A stretch of DNA of 20,800 bases from Promethearchaeota archaeon (GCA_019058015.1 JAHLWH010000070.1:1-20800), one strand, 5' to 3'; shown: positions 1-9,195, numbered from the stretch's first letter. The notes: generated from the letters alone by a model not told the origin. Numbers and translations are program-made.

Positions 1-535
1 GTTTTAATCCCTCTGGAGCAGTCATATTTTCTTTCCATTCTGTTTCCAAAACTCCGAGAGAGTAGGGAGAACCAGAACCAAAACTAATGAACTTTTCTTC
101 TTCATATAAAGTTCCAAGAAGGTCGATCCCATATAGCATTCCTTTGCCTTCTTTCTCTGAATACCCTGCAATTATCATTAAGGTAAGAAAATATGAACGC
201 CCCTGATAAAGTAGATTCCTAACGGTATTAGCAACATATTTCGGTTCAGGGATTTTTTCTTCTTCGACAGTCTTAAGATTAGATAAAGCAATGGCTTGAT
301 TCACAACATATTGACAATCAGCTACACCACCGCTAATCGTGGCAGCACAGAAATCGTTTATTTTGAACAATTTCTGGGCTTGTTTTGTTGCAACAAAGTA
401 TCCCGCTGTTGCTTGAGATTCAGTACCTACAACCACGCCATCTTTTACTTTAATTGCAACCGTAGTTGTACCTGTTTTGATAATATTAACTAACGTCTGT
501 GAATCAAATTTATTATTTAAAATGTGTTCGTTCAT
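1..535 (-). CDS. psmB: Proteasome beta subunit (3' end runs off the window; absent from the ORF track)
   Basis: Manual translation from ATG at 535 (in-frame GTG at 547 also possible): MNEHILNNKFDSQTLVNIIKTG|TTTVAIKVKDGVVVGTESQATAGYFVATKQAQKLF...SFGSGSPYSLGVLE. Shows a propeptide, G|T autocleavage site, Thr1/Glu17/Lys33 and the GSG motif. Confidence 0.95.
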   Translation of the reverse strand, partial: MNEHILNNKFDSQTLVNIIKTGTTTVAIKVKDGVVVGTESQATAGYFVATKQAQKLFKINDFCAATISGGVADCQYVVNQAIALSNLKTVEEEKIPEPKYVANTVRNLLYQGRSYFLTLMIIAGYSEKEGKGMLYGIDLLGTLYEEEKFISFGSGSPYSLGVLETEWKENMTAPEGLK

Positions 536-652
536 AATTGCTTGCACAATCTTTTATATAATTTAAGTAATAATGAGTTCTTTAATATTTATTTTTTTTC
601 TCTATATACCAAAAATCATAAAATTTTAAAGATTTTAAAAATTTAAAGAAAT

Positions 653-1033
653 ATGGCAAGGTCGCAAAAAAGAAGTAAAAGAAAATATACCGGAAAAAAG
701 TATAAACATTTTGGAAAAAAGAGAAAAAGAGAGCTTGCAAGACCTCCAATCGAAACAACAATTGGAACTGAAAAAAAGAAAAAACAAAGAGTTATTGGTG
801 GGAATTATAAATTAAAATTATTTTCAAACTCCTTTTGCAATCTAACAGACCCATTAAGTAAAAAAACTGAAAAAACTAAAATTCTCAGATTTGAGGAAAA
901 TCCTGCCTCTAAAGAGCTTTCTCGAAGGCATATTATAACTAAAGGAGCAATAATTCATACTGAGAAGGGATTAGCGAAAATAACAAGTCGTCCTGGTCAA
1001 AATGGTGTAATTAATGCTGTCCTTATAAAATAG
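653..1033 (+). CDS. rps8e: 30S ribosomal protein S8e
   Basis: Basic N-terminus, KRKRELARPP, and RHIITKGAIIHTEKGLAKITSRPGQNGVINAVL typical of eS8. Confidence 0.96.
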   Translation: MARSQKRSKRKYTGKKYKHFGKKRKRELARPPIETTIGTEKKKKQRVIGGNYKLKLFSNSFCNLTDPLSKKTEKTKILRFEENPASKELSRRHIITKGAIIHTEKGLAKITSRPGQNGVINAVLIK

Positions 1034-1036
1034 TAA

Positions 1037-1411
1037 TCAATCTGTTTCTATTTTTATATTTTTCACAGTCGCGGATTTCCCCTTAATAATTTTTGTATCT
1101 GTAGAATCACAAAACTTACATTTAAATAATAACAACCCCGTTAAGGCATCTGTTTCTTTAAAACTAATTATGGAGATTTTACCGCACTTATTACATTGAA
1201 TTTCTCCAGGTGTAATTTGCATATTTAGTTTAGCTCCTTCTGCAATAGTTCCTGTTATCGCCATTTTAAATGATTGTTTTAAAAGTTCAGGAACAATAAG
1301 AGTAAATTCTCCAATTTCTAAAAAAATTTCTTTAATTTTCGTCGCTTTATATTTTATTGCAGTTTTAAGAGCTGTTTGATATATCGCGCTCGCGAAAGCA
1401 AACTCGTGTAT
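1037..1411 (-). CDS. hypA: Hydrogenase maturation nickel metallochaperone HypA (probable ATA start)
   Basis: The frame of the 75-aa ORF extends upstream to (ATA)-H-E-FAFASAIYQTALKTA...LEIGEFTLIVPELL, matching the HypA MHE N-terminus. Two CxxC pairs (CNKC, CKFC). GGGGAG lies about 9 nt upstream. Confidence 0.9.
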   Translation of the reverse strand: MHEFAFASAIYQTALKTAIKYKATKIKEIFLEIGEFTLIVPELLKQSFKMAITGTIAEGAKLNMQITPGEIQCNKCGKISIISFKETDALTGLLLFKCKFCDSTDTKIIKGKSATVKNIKIETD

Positions 1412-1432
1412 TTTTTATCTCTCCCCAATTAA

Positions 1433-1723
1433 TTAACTTTTTATTTTTCTTATTTGCTTTGCGATTTCGAATAATAATTTTCTTTTATTTTTTCCTTTAG
1501 AATCAATGAGAATACGTCCCGGGTTTTCCCACCATGTCTTTGGATATCTTGAAGTATTTTCAATTTTATATTCATAACCTAATGTTTTCACTGCCTTCTC
1601 TATATCATCTAAAGATATCTTTTCAATTGCAAGATTTTTAGGCAACCTCCGACCTTGACTGATTGTTCGATTCTTATCAAAATATTGAGGCCAAAAAATA
1701 AGATACGGTGTTCTCTTTCTCAT
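1433..1723 (-). CDS. srp19: Signal recognition particle protein SRP19
   Basis: IFWPQYFDKNRTISQGRRLPK...YPKTWWENPGRILI motifs of SRP19/Sec65. Confidence 0.95.
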   Translation of the reverse strand: MRKRTPYLIFWPQYFDKNRTISQGRRLPKNLAIEKISLDDIEKAVKTLGYEYKIENTSRYPKTWWENPGRILIDSKGKNKRKLLFEIAKQIRKIKS

Positions 1724-1883
1724 TATTCTATTCTATTTTTTAAATTGATTGACACTTTAAATATTTTTTTTTGAAATTATTAACAATTTTAAATTGTGTT
1801 TTACTAAAAAAAAATATAGTATTATATTTGTTAAGTTACCCATTTTAACCCACTCTATAATATTGGGAGTAAAAGATCATTTT

Positions 1884-1987
1884 GGGATGGTGGTCTAGCT
1901 TGGTATGATTCTGTAAAGATTTGTTCTTTACAGCGTAATTCTTGGCTGGGGGCCAAGCGGTCGGGGGTTCGAATCCCTCCCATCCCA
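1884..1987 (+). tRNA. tRNA-Pro(GGG) with a 30-nt intron at position 25/26
   Basis: Acceptor stem GGGATGG/CCATCCC, anticodon arm CTTGG-CTGGGGG-CCAAG (GGG at 1948-1950), T arm GGGGG-TTCGAAT-CCCTC. The cloverleaf forms only after 1910-1939 is removed. CCA is not encoded. Confidence 0.95.
1910..1939 (+). other. BHB tRNA intron at a non-canonical D-arm/anticodon-arm junction position
   Basis: Central helix UAUG(1904-07)/CGUA(1934-37), bulges AUU(1908-10) and AUU(1938-40), inner 9-bp stem CUGUAAAGA/UCUUUACAG with a 5-nt loop. Confidence 0.92.
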
Positions 1988-2048
1988 TTAATCTAAAAGA
2001 AAATATAGTCCAAAAATTTTAATCAATAAAAAATTAGGAAAATATATT

Positions 2049-2897
2049 ATGAATTTATTTAATGAAATTGAAGAAAAATTTATAGAAACTAATGGAATAA
2101 AACTTCACACAATCATAGTAGGTTCTGGAGAACCTCTCATATTGCTACATGGATTTCCAGATTTTTGGTATGGTTGGAAAAATGTGATTTTAGGATTAAA
2201 AGATGAATTTAAATTAATCATTCCTGATATGCGCGGTTATAATCTTTCAGATAAGCCAGAGGGAATTGAAAATTATAAATTAGAAATTTTAATAGAAGAT
2301 ATTAAAGGTTTAAGCGAAAAATTAGGTTTTACTGAATTTAATCTTGCAGGACATGATTGGGGTGGAATGGTATCGTGGGCATTAGCCGAGAAATACCCTA
2401 AAATACTGAAAAAATTAATAATATTAAATGCGCCCCATGCAAAAATATTTAGAAAGTTAATTACAAAAAATAACGCCCAAAGAAAAGCCAGTGGCTATAT
2501 CGTCAGATTTTTAAAAGAAGGTGAAAATTTTCTCTTTGAAAATAATTTTCAAGCTTTACAATTATCTGTTTTTGGTACAGCAAAAAACAAAAAAGCATTT
2601 AGTGAATTTGATAAAGAAAAATATTTAGAAGCATGGTCCCAACCAGGCGCATTAAATGGAGGAGTAAATTATTACAGGGCAAATCGTCGTTATGAAGAAT
2701 GGTCTGGAATAATTAATGTCCCGACTTTAGTTATATTCGGTATGAAAGATATATTTGTATTACCTAAAGTACTCGAAGGATTAGAAGATTTTATTAAGGA
2801 TCTTAAAATTGTTAGAATTGAAAATGCATCTCATTGGGTTATGCACGATGATCCTGAATTAGTTAATTCAAGTATACTATCATTCCTTAGAGGATAA
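2049..2897 (+). CDS. Alpha/beta hydrolase, epoxide-hydrolase-like
   Basis: LHGFPD oxyanion motif, DMRGYNLSDKP, GHDWGG nucleophile Asp, C-terminal ASHW catalytic His. Confidence 0.9.
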   Translation: MNLFNEIEEKFIETNGIKLHTIIVGSGEPLILLHGFPDFWYGWKNVILGLKDEFKLIIPDMRGYNLSDKPEGIENYKLEILIEDIKGLSEKLGFTEFNLAGHDWGGMVSWALAEKYPKILKKLIILNAPHAKIFRKLITKNNAQRKASGYIVRFLKEGENFLFENNFQALQLSVFGTAKNKKAFSEFDKEKYLEAWSQPGALNGGVNYYRANRRYEEWSGIINVPTLVIFGMKDIFVLPKVLEGLEDFIKDLKIVRIENASHWVMHDDPELVNSSILSFLRG

Positions 2898-2949
2898 TAA
2901 GACATAGATTAAATCAATCTATTTCTTATGGAACAATTCATTGAATAAT

Positions 2950-4446
2950 TTAATCAATTCGCTTTATATTAAATATGTGACCGCTCCATGCAGAAAGATC
3001 AATATAAAGACCATAAGTTTCAAGATCTTTGCCCTTATAGATATAACTTTTTTGTGTTAGTAAATCAGTAAAAAACCAATCATAAGTATCGTAATTTAGT
3101 TCTTCAATTCTAACATGTCCTTGTGCAGGATTTGGACTGTAATTCACAATTATAAGTTGATACAGTTCTTTGAACTTCCATTGATAAGAAATTAAATTAG
3201 TATATGTGTAATTTTCAGCATTTATGGGTTCAATTTTACAGAGATCCCATTTACCTTTTGTTAATTCCTCTACAGATGCAATACTTAATAAATTTTGATA
3301 AAGATCTAGGAGATCTTGGTTATTATCCTCAACTGGACGCCTTCCTAATTGAACCGGTATTTTTATTTTATACCCCTTCATTTGTCCTTCATGGACTAAT
3401 TTTGCACCAGGTAAAGTAAGACTGATAATTGCAGCTGCTCGAGAACGTTCTTCACCAAATGCCGTTATTGCCCTAAGTTCATCATGATTTTCAATAAAGC
3501 GTAAAAGTTTCCTTTGATAATCCCATTCTGCACGGAGATGACTATAAATCGTTTCAGCTCTCTCGTGCAGCATACGATCATACAACCGTTTATCATAGCA
3601 AAAATCAAATCCTTGTTGCTGTAATTCCCATTCCATATTCCAATATACTTCTGCAATAAATAAGAAGTTTGGAAATTTTTCTCTTACAACTGGAATCACT
3701 TCTTTCCAAAATTCTTTCTCTGGTTGAGGTCCCGCTCTTTCACCCCAAGTACGACTAAAAACATCATTAGTCATTAACATTGCCATATCACATCGAACTC
3801 CATCGCATAATTCAGCAATATTTAATAAGGTATTAATTGCTTTTTGACGTGCTTCCGAAGAAAATGCGTTTATTTGAATTGTATCCGTCCAAGGTGGAAA
3901 AAAATTAGGATCCTTTCCATGTGCGTAAATATGATCATTAGTACTAAAAAATTCAATTGGATGTGCTCTATAATCATCAATAGTTCCTTTTATGAATATA
4001 TCTGATTCTTCTAAAATCCAAGGGTGATCAACAGCTACATGATTTGGTACATAATCTAGTAATAAATGTATATTCCGTTCGGTTAATTGATCACGGAAAT
4101 TTTCTAAACCATCATCACCACCAAGATGATGATCTACGTAATAATTAAAGATAGAATAGGGCGACCCTACAACATCATCTGGCTTAAAATCACTTAAAGC
4201 TTTATGATATTCCTGTTGTAACCCTGGGTGGTTAAGAGCAATTTCTCTACTTTGAGGACTGCGTTCCCAGACACCCATAAGCCAAATAACATTGAAAAAT
4301 TTTAATTCTTGACTAAAAACTTCAGGAGGGATATTATTAAACGTAATTTCCTGTTTATAAATCTTTGATAAAGCTTGGAGCCAAGGCCAAGTATTTATTT
4401 CATAAATTCTAGGTTGTTCCTGCCAATCTACATTTTTAGTTCTCAT
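2950..4446 (-). CDS. GH13 alpha-amylase family glycosyl hydrolase
   Basis: DYVPNH, DGVRCDMA (nucleophile Asp), AEVYW (acid/base Glu), FIENHDE. Confidence 0.92.
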   Translation of the reverse strand: MRTKNVDWQEQPRIYEINTWPWLQALSKIYKQEITFNNIPPEVFSQELKFFNVIWLMGVWERSPQSREIALNHPGLQQEYHKALSDFKPDDVVGSPYSIFNYYVDHHLGGDDGLENFRDQLTERNIHLLLDYVPNHVAVDHPWILEESDIFIKGTIDDYRAHPIEFFSTNDHIYAHGKDPNFFPPWTDTIQINAFSSEARQKAINTLLNIAELCDGVRCDMAMLMTNDVFSRTWGERAGPQPEKEFWKEVIPVVREKFPNFLFIAEVYWNMEWELQQQGFDFCYDKRLYDRMLHERAETIYSHLRAEWDYQRKLLRFIENHDELRAITAFGEERSRAAAIISLTLPGAKLVHEGQMKGYKIKIPVQLGRRPVEDNNQDLLDLYQNLLSIASVEELTKGKWDLCKIEPINAENYTYTNLISYQWKFKELYQLIIVNYSPNPAQGHVRIEELNYDTYDWFFTDLLTQKSYIYKGKDLETYGLYIDLSAWSGHIFNIKRID

Positions 4447-4612
4447 ATTAAAATCATCTTTTAAATAAAAGTCAAATATTCTTCATAACATATCTCTTAG
4501 TCATAAAAATTATTAATCTGTTTTTATTTTAAAGAAAATAAGATAAAAATTATTTGCGAAAACCAATAAGAATTATAATAAATTTTAATTAAAATGATTT
4601 ATTTAAGGAATT

Positions 4613-4656
4613 ATCCTATGATTAATGAAAATATTATAGTATATTTGAAGGAGGTT
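4613..4656 (+). promoter_or_regulatory. Predicted tandem double kink-turn in the rpl7ae 5' leader, overlapping the GGAGG ribosome-binding site
   Basis: CC-UAU-GA-UU-AAU-GA-AAAUAU-(UAUAGU)-AUAUUU-GA-AG-GA-GG: two 3-nt bulges, each followed by tandem G.A/A.G pairs. Confidence 0.7.
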
Positions 4657-4666
4657 TTTTAAAAAA

Positions 4667-5035
4667 ATGAGTTATGTAAAAATTAATATACCTGACAAAT
4701 TAAAAAAAAAAGTAATTGATACAATTTCAAATGTTTCGAGCACTCCTGAAACAAAAATTAAAAAGGGAATGAATGAGGTTACTAAATCTATTGAACGAGG
4801 AATCGCCCGTCTGGTTATCATTGCTGAAGATGTAGATCCACCAGAAGTTGTCTTCCATTTACCCTTGCTCTGCGATGAGAAGAACATTCCATATATTTTT
4901 GTTAACACAAAAAAAGATTTGGGAAAAGCGGTGGGTTTAAAAATTGATACATCCTCTCTTGCGATAATTATACCTGGAGAAGATAATGAAGCCGCAATTA
5001 AAGATATTATCAGCCAAGTTAATAAATTAAAGTAG
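4667..5035 (+). CDS. rpl7ae: 50S ribosomal protein L7Ae
   Basis: IKKGMNEVTKSIERGIARLVIIAEDVDPPEVVFHLPLLCDEKNIPY. Confidence 0.97.
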   Translation: MSYVKINIPDKLKKKVIDTISNVSSTPETKIKKGMNEVTKSIERGIARLVIIAEDVDPPEVVFHLPLLCDEKNIPYIFVNTKKDLGKAVGLKIDTSSLAIIIPGEDNEAAIKDIISQVNKLK

Positions 5036-5055
5036 AAACATCAAGTTGAGATTTA

Positions 5056-5292
5056 TTGAGTAAAAGAGAAAAGGGTAAAGAAGGATATGTAGATCGATCC
5101 TTTCCAGCTCAGGTCATTCAGGTTGTTGGAAAGACTGGGATGACAGGGGAGATATTGCAAGTAAAGGTCAGGATCTTAGAAGGGCGAGATAAAAACAGAA
5201 TTCTAACTCGCAACGTTAAGGGACCAGTTCGTTTAGATGATATCGTTGTATTAAGGGAAGTTGAACGAGAAGCAAGGAAAATTAGAAGATAA
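5056..5292 (+). CDS. rps28e: 30S ribosomal protein S28e (TTG start)
   Basis: [42 protein letters not shown]; follows rpl7ae as usual in archaea. Confidence 0.96.
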   Translation: MSKREKGKEGYVDRSFPAQVIQVVGKTGMTGEILQVKVRILEGRDKNRILTRNVKGPVRLDDIVVLREVEREARKIRR

Positions 5293-5421
5293 AAATATTT
5301 ATTATTTGATTTAATTTTTTTAGTATCTTTTTTTTTATGAGATTTTATTTTAAATTCAAACAACTGTTTAATTTAATATTAATATCAACTTGAAAAAAAT
5401 ATAAAAATTAAAAAAAATATT

Positions 5422-5508
5422 ATTAATAGGGTGCTTCAGAATTATGAATTTTCAATTCTATTCCGTTGAAGCGATAAATCATTAATTCTAAAGCGCTCCG
5501 CTATTAAT
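5422..5508. repeat. Long imperfect inverted repeat between convergent rps28e and hsp20
   Basis: Nested arms ATTAATAG/CTATTAAT, GGTGCTT/AAGCGCT, AGAATTA/TAATTCT, TTCAA/TTGAA. Confidence 0.65.
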
Positions 5509-5524
5509 TTTATTAAAGATTCTA

Positions 5525-6025
5525 TTAATCGTTTCCCTCAGTATTTATGTCGATATTTTTTGCTGGCTTTTTTCCAATTTTTATTTCTAAAAGACCATTA
5601 GCCATTTTTGGTTTAACCAAGTTTTCATCTGCATCAGCTTGTAAGGGAATATCGAGATCGATATCCTTTTTACTCATCCATGAGAAAAAATCCATGAAAA
5701 ATGGTGCTCCATATACTCCAAAAGATTTTTTACTTTCATCACTCACACTTTCTTTCTCATCAGATTTTGTTCTTTTTGCAGTGACATTTAAATTTCTTCC
5801 AACAATTGAAACTTTAACATCGTCTTTAGTTAGTCCTGGCAAAGGAATAGTAATTAAATATTCATTTTCATGTTCTTGTATATCGTGAGGGACCCAGCCT
5901 TCAAATATTTTCATACCATATTTCATACCCTTAGAAATCATTCCCTTTAATCCTGCTATATCATGGGGAGAACATCGAAAATGGCTATGCCGAAATCGTG
6001 GATTAAAGCTTCCTTCAAAACACAT
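5525..6025 (-). CDS. Small heat-shock protein (Hsp20/alpha-crystallin family)
   Basis: YLITIPLPGLTKDDVKVSIVGRNLNVTA...VKPKMANGLLEIKI and a C-terminal IDI (IXI) motif. GAGG RBS upstream. Confidence 0.85.
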   Translation of the reverse strand: MCFEGSFNPRFRHSHFRCSPHDIAGLKGMISKGMKYGMKIFEGWVPHDIQEHENEYLITIPLPGLTKDDVKVSIVGRNLNVTAKRTKSDEKESVSDESKKSFGVYGAPFFMDFFSWMSKKDIDLDIPLQADADENLVKPKMANGLLEIKIGKKPAKNIDINTEGND

Positions 6026-6085
6026 ATTTTTTTTCCTCTTTTTTATTATTTCTACTTATTAAATTCATTTGATTTGCTTAAATTT

Positions 6086-6733
6086 CTAAAAATCTTCATC
6101 ATCATCGATAATTGGAATAACTCTTGTATGTTTTTCTCGTTCATTCTTGAGTTTCTCGAGAATCGATTTATATTTCTCTAATCTTTCATCAAGCATGTTA
6201 ATTCTATCTGTAAAGTGCTTTTTTTTCTCTTCTAATTCCTGGACAATACTTTGAATTCGTTCTATATTATCTGAAGTATAATCAGATTCGTCAATTTTTT
6301 TAGCATGTCTTGGAAATTCTGGAAATGTATAAGGAAAGCAAGAAAACATTTGTTCAAAATGTTTTTTACTTGGTATGGCCTTTAAAACTGTTTGAATATA
6401 ATCACCAAGCGTATCAATATTTGGTTGGAGATTATTTTCTAACACTTTTTTTAATCCTTCAATGCCCCTTTTGGTGATCCTATAAATTTTTTTTAATCTA
6501 TTATTTTCAGTTTTTTCCTCTATATCAACGAATTGTTGTTCTGCTAATCGATTTAAGAGTGGATAAATTGTACCGGATGAAGCTCTCCATACATTTTTAA
6601 ATTTTCTATTTATTTTTTGAATTATTTCATATCCAGAAATACCATCATTGTTCTTTATCATTGATAATACTAATATATCCAATCCTGATGAATGACCGCC
6701 GTGATATCCGCTGAATCTCTTGCCAAAAAACAT
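6086..6733 (-). CDS. PadR-family transcriptional regulator with C-terminal coiled coil
   Basis: ISGYEIIQKI...WRASSGTIYPLLNRL...KKIYRITKRG winged-helix signature. GGTGA RBS at 6745-6749. Confidence 0.9.
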   Translation of the reverse strand: MFFGKRFSGYHGGHSSGLDILVLSMIKNNDGISGYEIIQKINRKFKNVWRASSGTIYPLLNRLAEQQFVDIEEKTENNRLKKIYRITKRGIEGLKKVLENNLQPNIDTLGDYIQTVLKAIPSKKHFEQMFSCFPYTFPEFPRHAKKIDESDYTSDNIERIQSIVQELEEKKKHFTDRINMLDERLEKYKSILEKLKNEREKHTRVIPIIDDDEDF

Positions 6734-6790
6734 TTTTTTTTAATTCACCAATTTAAACAAATTATTAATCTATTCAAAATATATTTTTTT

Positions 6791-6818
6791 TTATATATAT
6801 CTGTTTAGATATATATAA
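6791..6818. promoter_or_regulatory. Perfect 12-bp inverted repeat, candidate PadR operator
   Basis: TTATATATATCT-GTTT-AGATATATATAA, about 58 nt upstream of padR in the divergent padR/SDR spacer. Confidence 0.55.
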
Positions 6819-6988
6819 TTCATAGAAAAACAGATATTTAAATGTATCGGAGACTGATATATTGGAAAGTGATATATTAAAAATATGTTATTTCATAAGA
6901 AAAAATAGGAAAATAATTTAATTCTAATAAAAAAATAATTTAAGTAATAAAACTGACATAATTAGTAATAAAAAATGAGAGATTATTT

Positions 6989-7792
6989 ATGAATTTAGGA
7001 TTGGAACGGAAGGTTGCTTTAGTTTTAGCATCAAGTAAGGGGTTAGGGTTAGCTTGTGCTAAAGGTCTTTATGAAGAAGGAGTAAATGTTGTGATTTGTA
7101 GTAGATCAATGGAGAATTTAGAAAAAGCAAAAAAAGAAATTGAACAAATTAAATCCATAATGAAAGGAAATAAAGTTATTTCGGTAGTTGCAGATTTATT
7201 GAAAGAGGGAGATATAAAGAATCTTGTTGATAAAGTTTTAGAAGAATTTGGGAGAATAGATATTTTAGTGCATAACGCTGGAGGTCCACCCTCGGGTCCA
7301 ATAAATAAAATTACTAAAGAAGAGTGGTTAAATTCTATTGATTTAAATTTACTTTCTTTTATTTGGATTACTCGAATGATATTACCAATAATGCAAAAGC
7401 AAAAATCAGGTAGGATAATAGCAATAACTTCAGTTTCAGTAAAACAGCCCTTAGAAAATTTGGTTTTATCAAATACAACTCGTCTTGGTATTGTTGGATA
7501 TGCAAAAACTCTTGCTAATGAGTATGCAAAAGATAATATTTTGGTAAATGTCGTATGTCCTGGGCCAAATTTAACAGATAGAATGAAGGAATTAATTAAT
7601 AGAACTATTAAAGAAACAGGAAAATCGGAAGTAGAAGTTAAAAAATCATGGACAAGCCAAATTCCCTTAGGTCGATTGGGAAAACCTGAAGAGTTTGCTA
7701 ATTTAGTCGTATTTTTAGCGTCTGAAAAGGCTAGTTATATAACCGGAACGGTTATTCAAGTAGATGGAGGTTTTGTAAAGGGACCTTTTTAA
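6989..7792 (+). CDS. SDR-family oxidoreductase (FabG-like, lacking canonical YxxxK)
   Basis: LASSKGLG, DILVHNAGGPP, SNTTR in place of YxxxK, ASYITGTVIQVDGG. Confidence 0.9.
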   Translation: MNLGLERKVALVLASSKGLGLACAKGLYEEGVNVVICSRSMENLEKAKKEIEQIKSIMKGNKVISVVADLLKEGDIKNLVDKVLEEFGRIDILVHNAGGPPSGPINKITKEEWLNSIDLNLLSFIWITRMILPIMQKQKSGRIIAITSVSVKQPLENLVLSNTTRLGIVGYAKTLANEYAKDNILVNVVCPGPNLTDRMKELINRTIKETGKSEVEVKKSWTSQIPLGRLGKPEEFANLVVFLASEKASYITGTVIQVDGGFVKGPF

Positions 7793-7869
7793 AAAAATTT
7801 TAATTAGGAAGTTAGAGTTTTTTTTTTACAAATTGAATCTTTTTATACAATTTTAATTAAATTAATAGT

Positions 7870-9195
7870 ATGAAAAATAATTCTAAAAAAATTTCCATTT
7901 TATCAATAATTTTGTTTATAACGATCGTTACGTTAATCTCATCCATTTCAAATATGATTTCTCCAAATCTCCTCATTATTTCAAAATATTTTGGATTTGG
8001 AGGGAATACTACTCCATTAGGAGTACTCACATTTTCATTTACCATCTTAACAGGGATAGCAATGTTGATCTTTGGCTTTTTAGCAGATAAAATAATAAGA
8101 AAATGGATTGTCTTCATTGGAACGATAATTTTTTCAATATTTTCATTTGTTACGATCTTCATTCCATCAGGATTAACCGGATATTTTTTGTTTTTCTTGT
8201 TAACAATCATGACAGGAATTGGATATGGCGCTCTGATTCCATGTATCTTCTCATTGATGGGTGATATTGTCTCTCAAGAGGATCGATCTAAGGGTTTCTC
8301 TTTCTTTTCAATATCATCGCTAATAGGAATGGTCGTTGGAACGGGTTTAGCGACATTTCTAGGTAGTATTGATTGGCGTATCTCTTATTCAATTATAGGT
8401 ATAGCCGGGTTTATTAGTGCTCTGCTCTTCATTTTTTTCAGGGAACCATCTCGAGCTGGCAGAGATTATTCATATATGCTTGAAAAAGATGCAGTGGAAT
8501 ATACATATAGGATAAATTTTTCTGACCTGAAAGTAATCTTTAAAAAGAAAGCCAATGTTTGGTTAATTATTAATTTTGTTGATACAATTCCAACAGGTAT
8601 TATATTATTTTTGCTCTTTGCTTATATGGAAGACTATCATGGGATTTCTTCTGATGTAACTTTGATTTATTTAATACTCATTCTACTTGCCACACTAATT
8701 GGGACTATAATATTTGGTTTTATTGGAGATAAACAATTCAAAAAAGGCAGCAAAAAAGCACGTGTAAAACTTGCATTATTGGGAAATATAATTCCTATTC
8801 CATTTATCTTCATTGCTTTAATTATACCATTTAGAGCTCCGGATTTAATTCCCGGAATTTTAATTTGGTTAATATTGTTCATGATTGGATTATTTATAAA
8901 TGGTGCTGTAAATGGTAATTGGTATGCAACGGTAGTTGATTTAAACCTTCCCGAACATCGTGGAACTGTGCTTGCAACCTCTAATTGCTTTGATATTATT
9001 GGAAGAGCTATAGGTCCATTAATCGGTTCGATTTTTGCAGATACATTTGGTTTTGTTTATGGAATGATGATTTCAATTTTCTTTTGGATTTTTATTCCAT
9101 TCTTTTGGATTGCTGTACTTAAAAATATTGTTCCTGAAATGGAGGCGACAGAAAAAATATTTGCTGAAAGACTCGAATCATTGATTAAAAAATAA
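7870..9195 (+). CDS. MFS transporter
   Basis: About 12 hydrophobic segments; motif-A-like GFLADKIIRK and GFIGDK; PEHRGT. Confidence 0.9.
   Translation: MKNNSKKISILSIILFITIVTLISSISNMISPNLLIISKYFGFGGNTTPLGVLTFSFTILTGIAMLIFGFLADKIIRKWIVFIGTIIFSIFSFVTIFIPSGLTGYFLFFLLTIMTGIGYGALIPCIFSLMGDIVSQEDRSKGFSFFSISSLIGMVVGTGLATFLGSIDWRISYSIIGIAGFISALLFIFFREPSRAGRDYSYMLEKDAVEYTYRINFSDLKVIFKKKANVWLIINFVDTIPTGIILFLLFAYMEDYHGISSDVTLIYLILILLATLIGTIIFGFIGDKQFKKGSKKARVKLALLGNIIPIPFIFIALIIPFRAPDLIPGILIWLILFMIGLFINGAVNGNWYATVVDLNLPEHRGTVLATSNCFDIIGRAIGPLIGSIFADTFGFVYGMMISIFFWIFIPFFWIAVLKNIVPEMEATEKIFAERLESLIKK

Noticed and set aside
1840-1875. Weak hairpin upstream of tRNA-Pro, or an integration (att) site at the tRNA
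   Set aside because: The pairing is short and imperfect; there is no duplicated tRNA 3' end or integrase in the window.
5422-5508. Eukaryote-like SECIS (AUGA present on both strands)
   Set aside because: Neither flanking gene has an in-frame UGA, and the helix length and apical loop do not fit.
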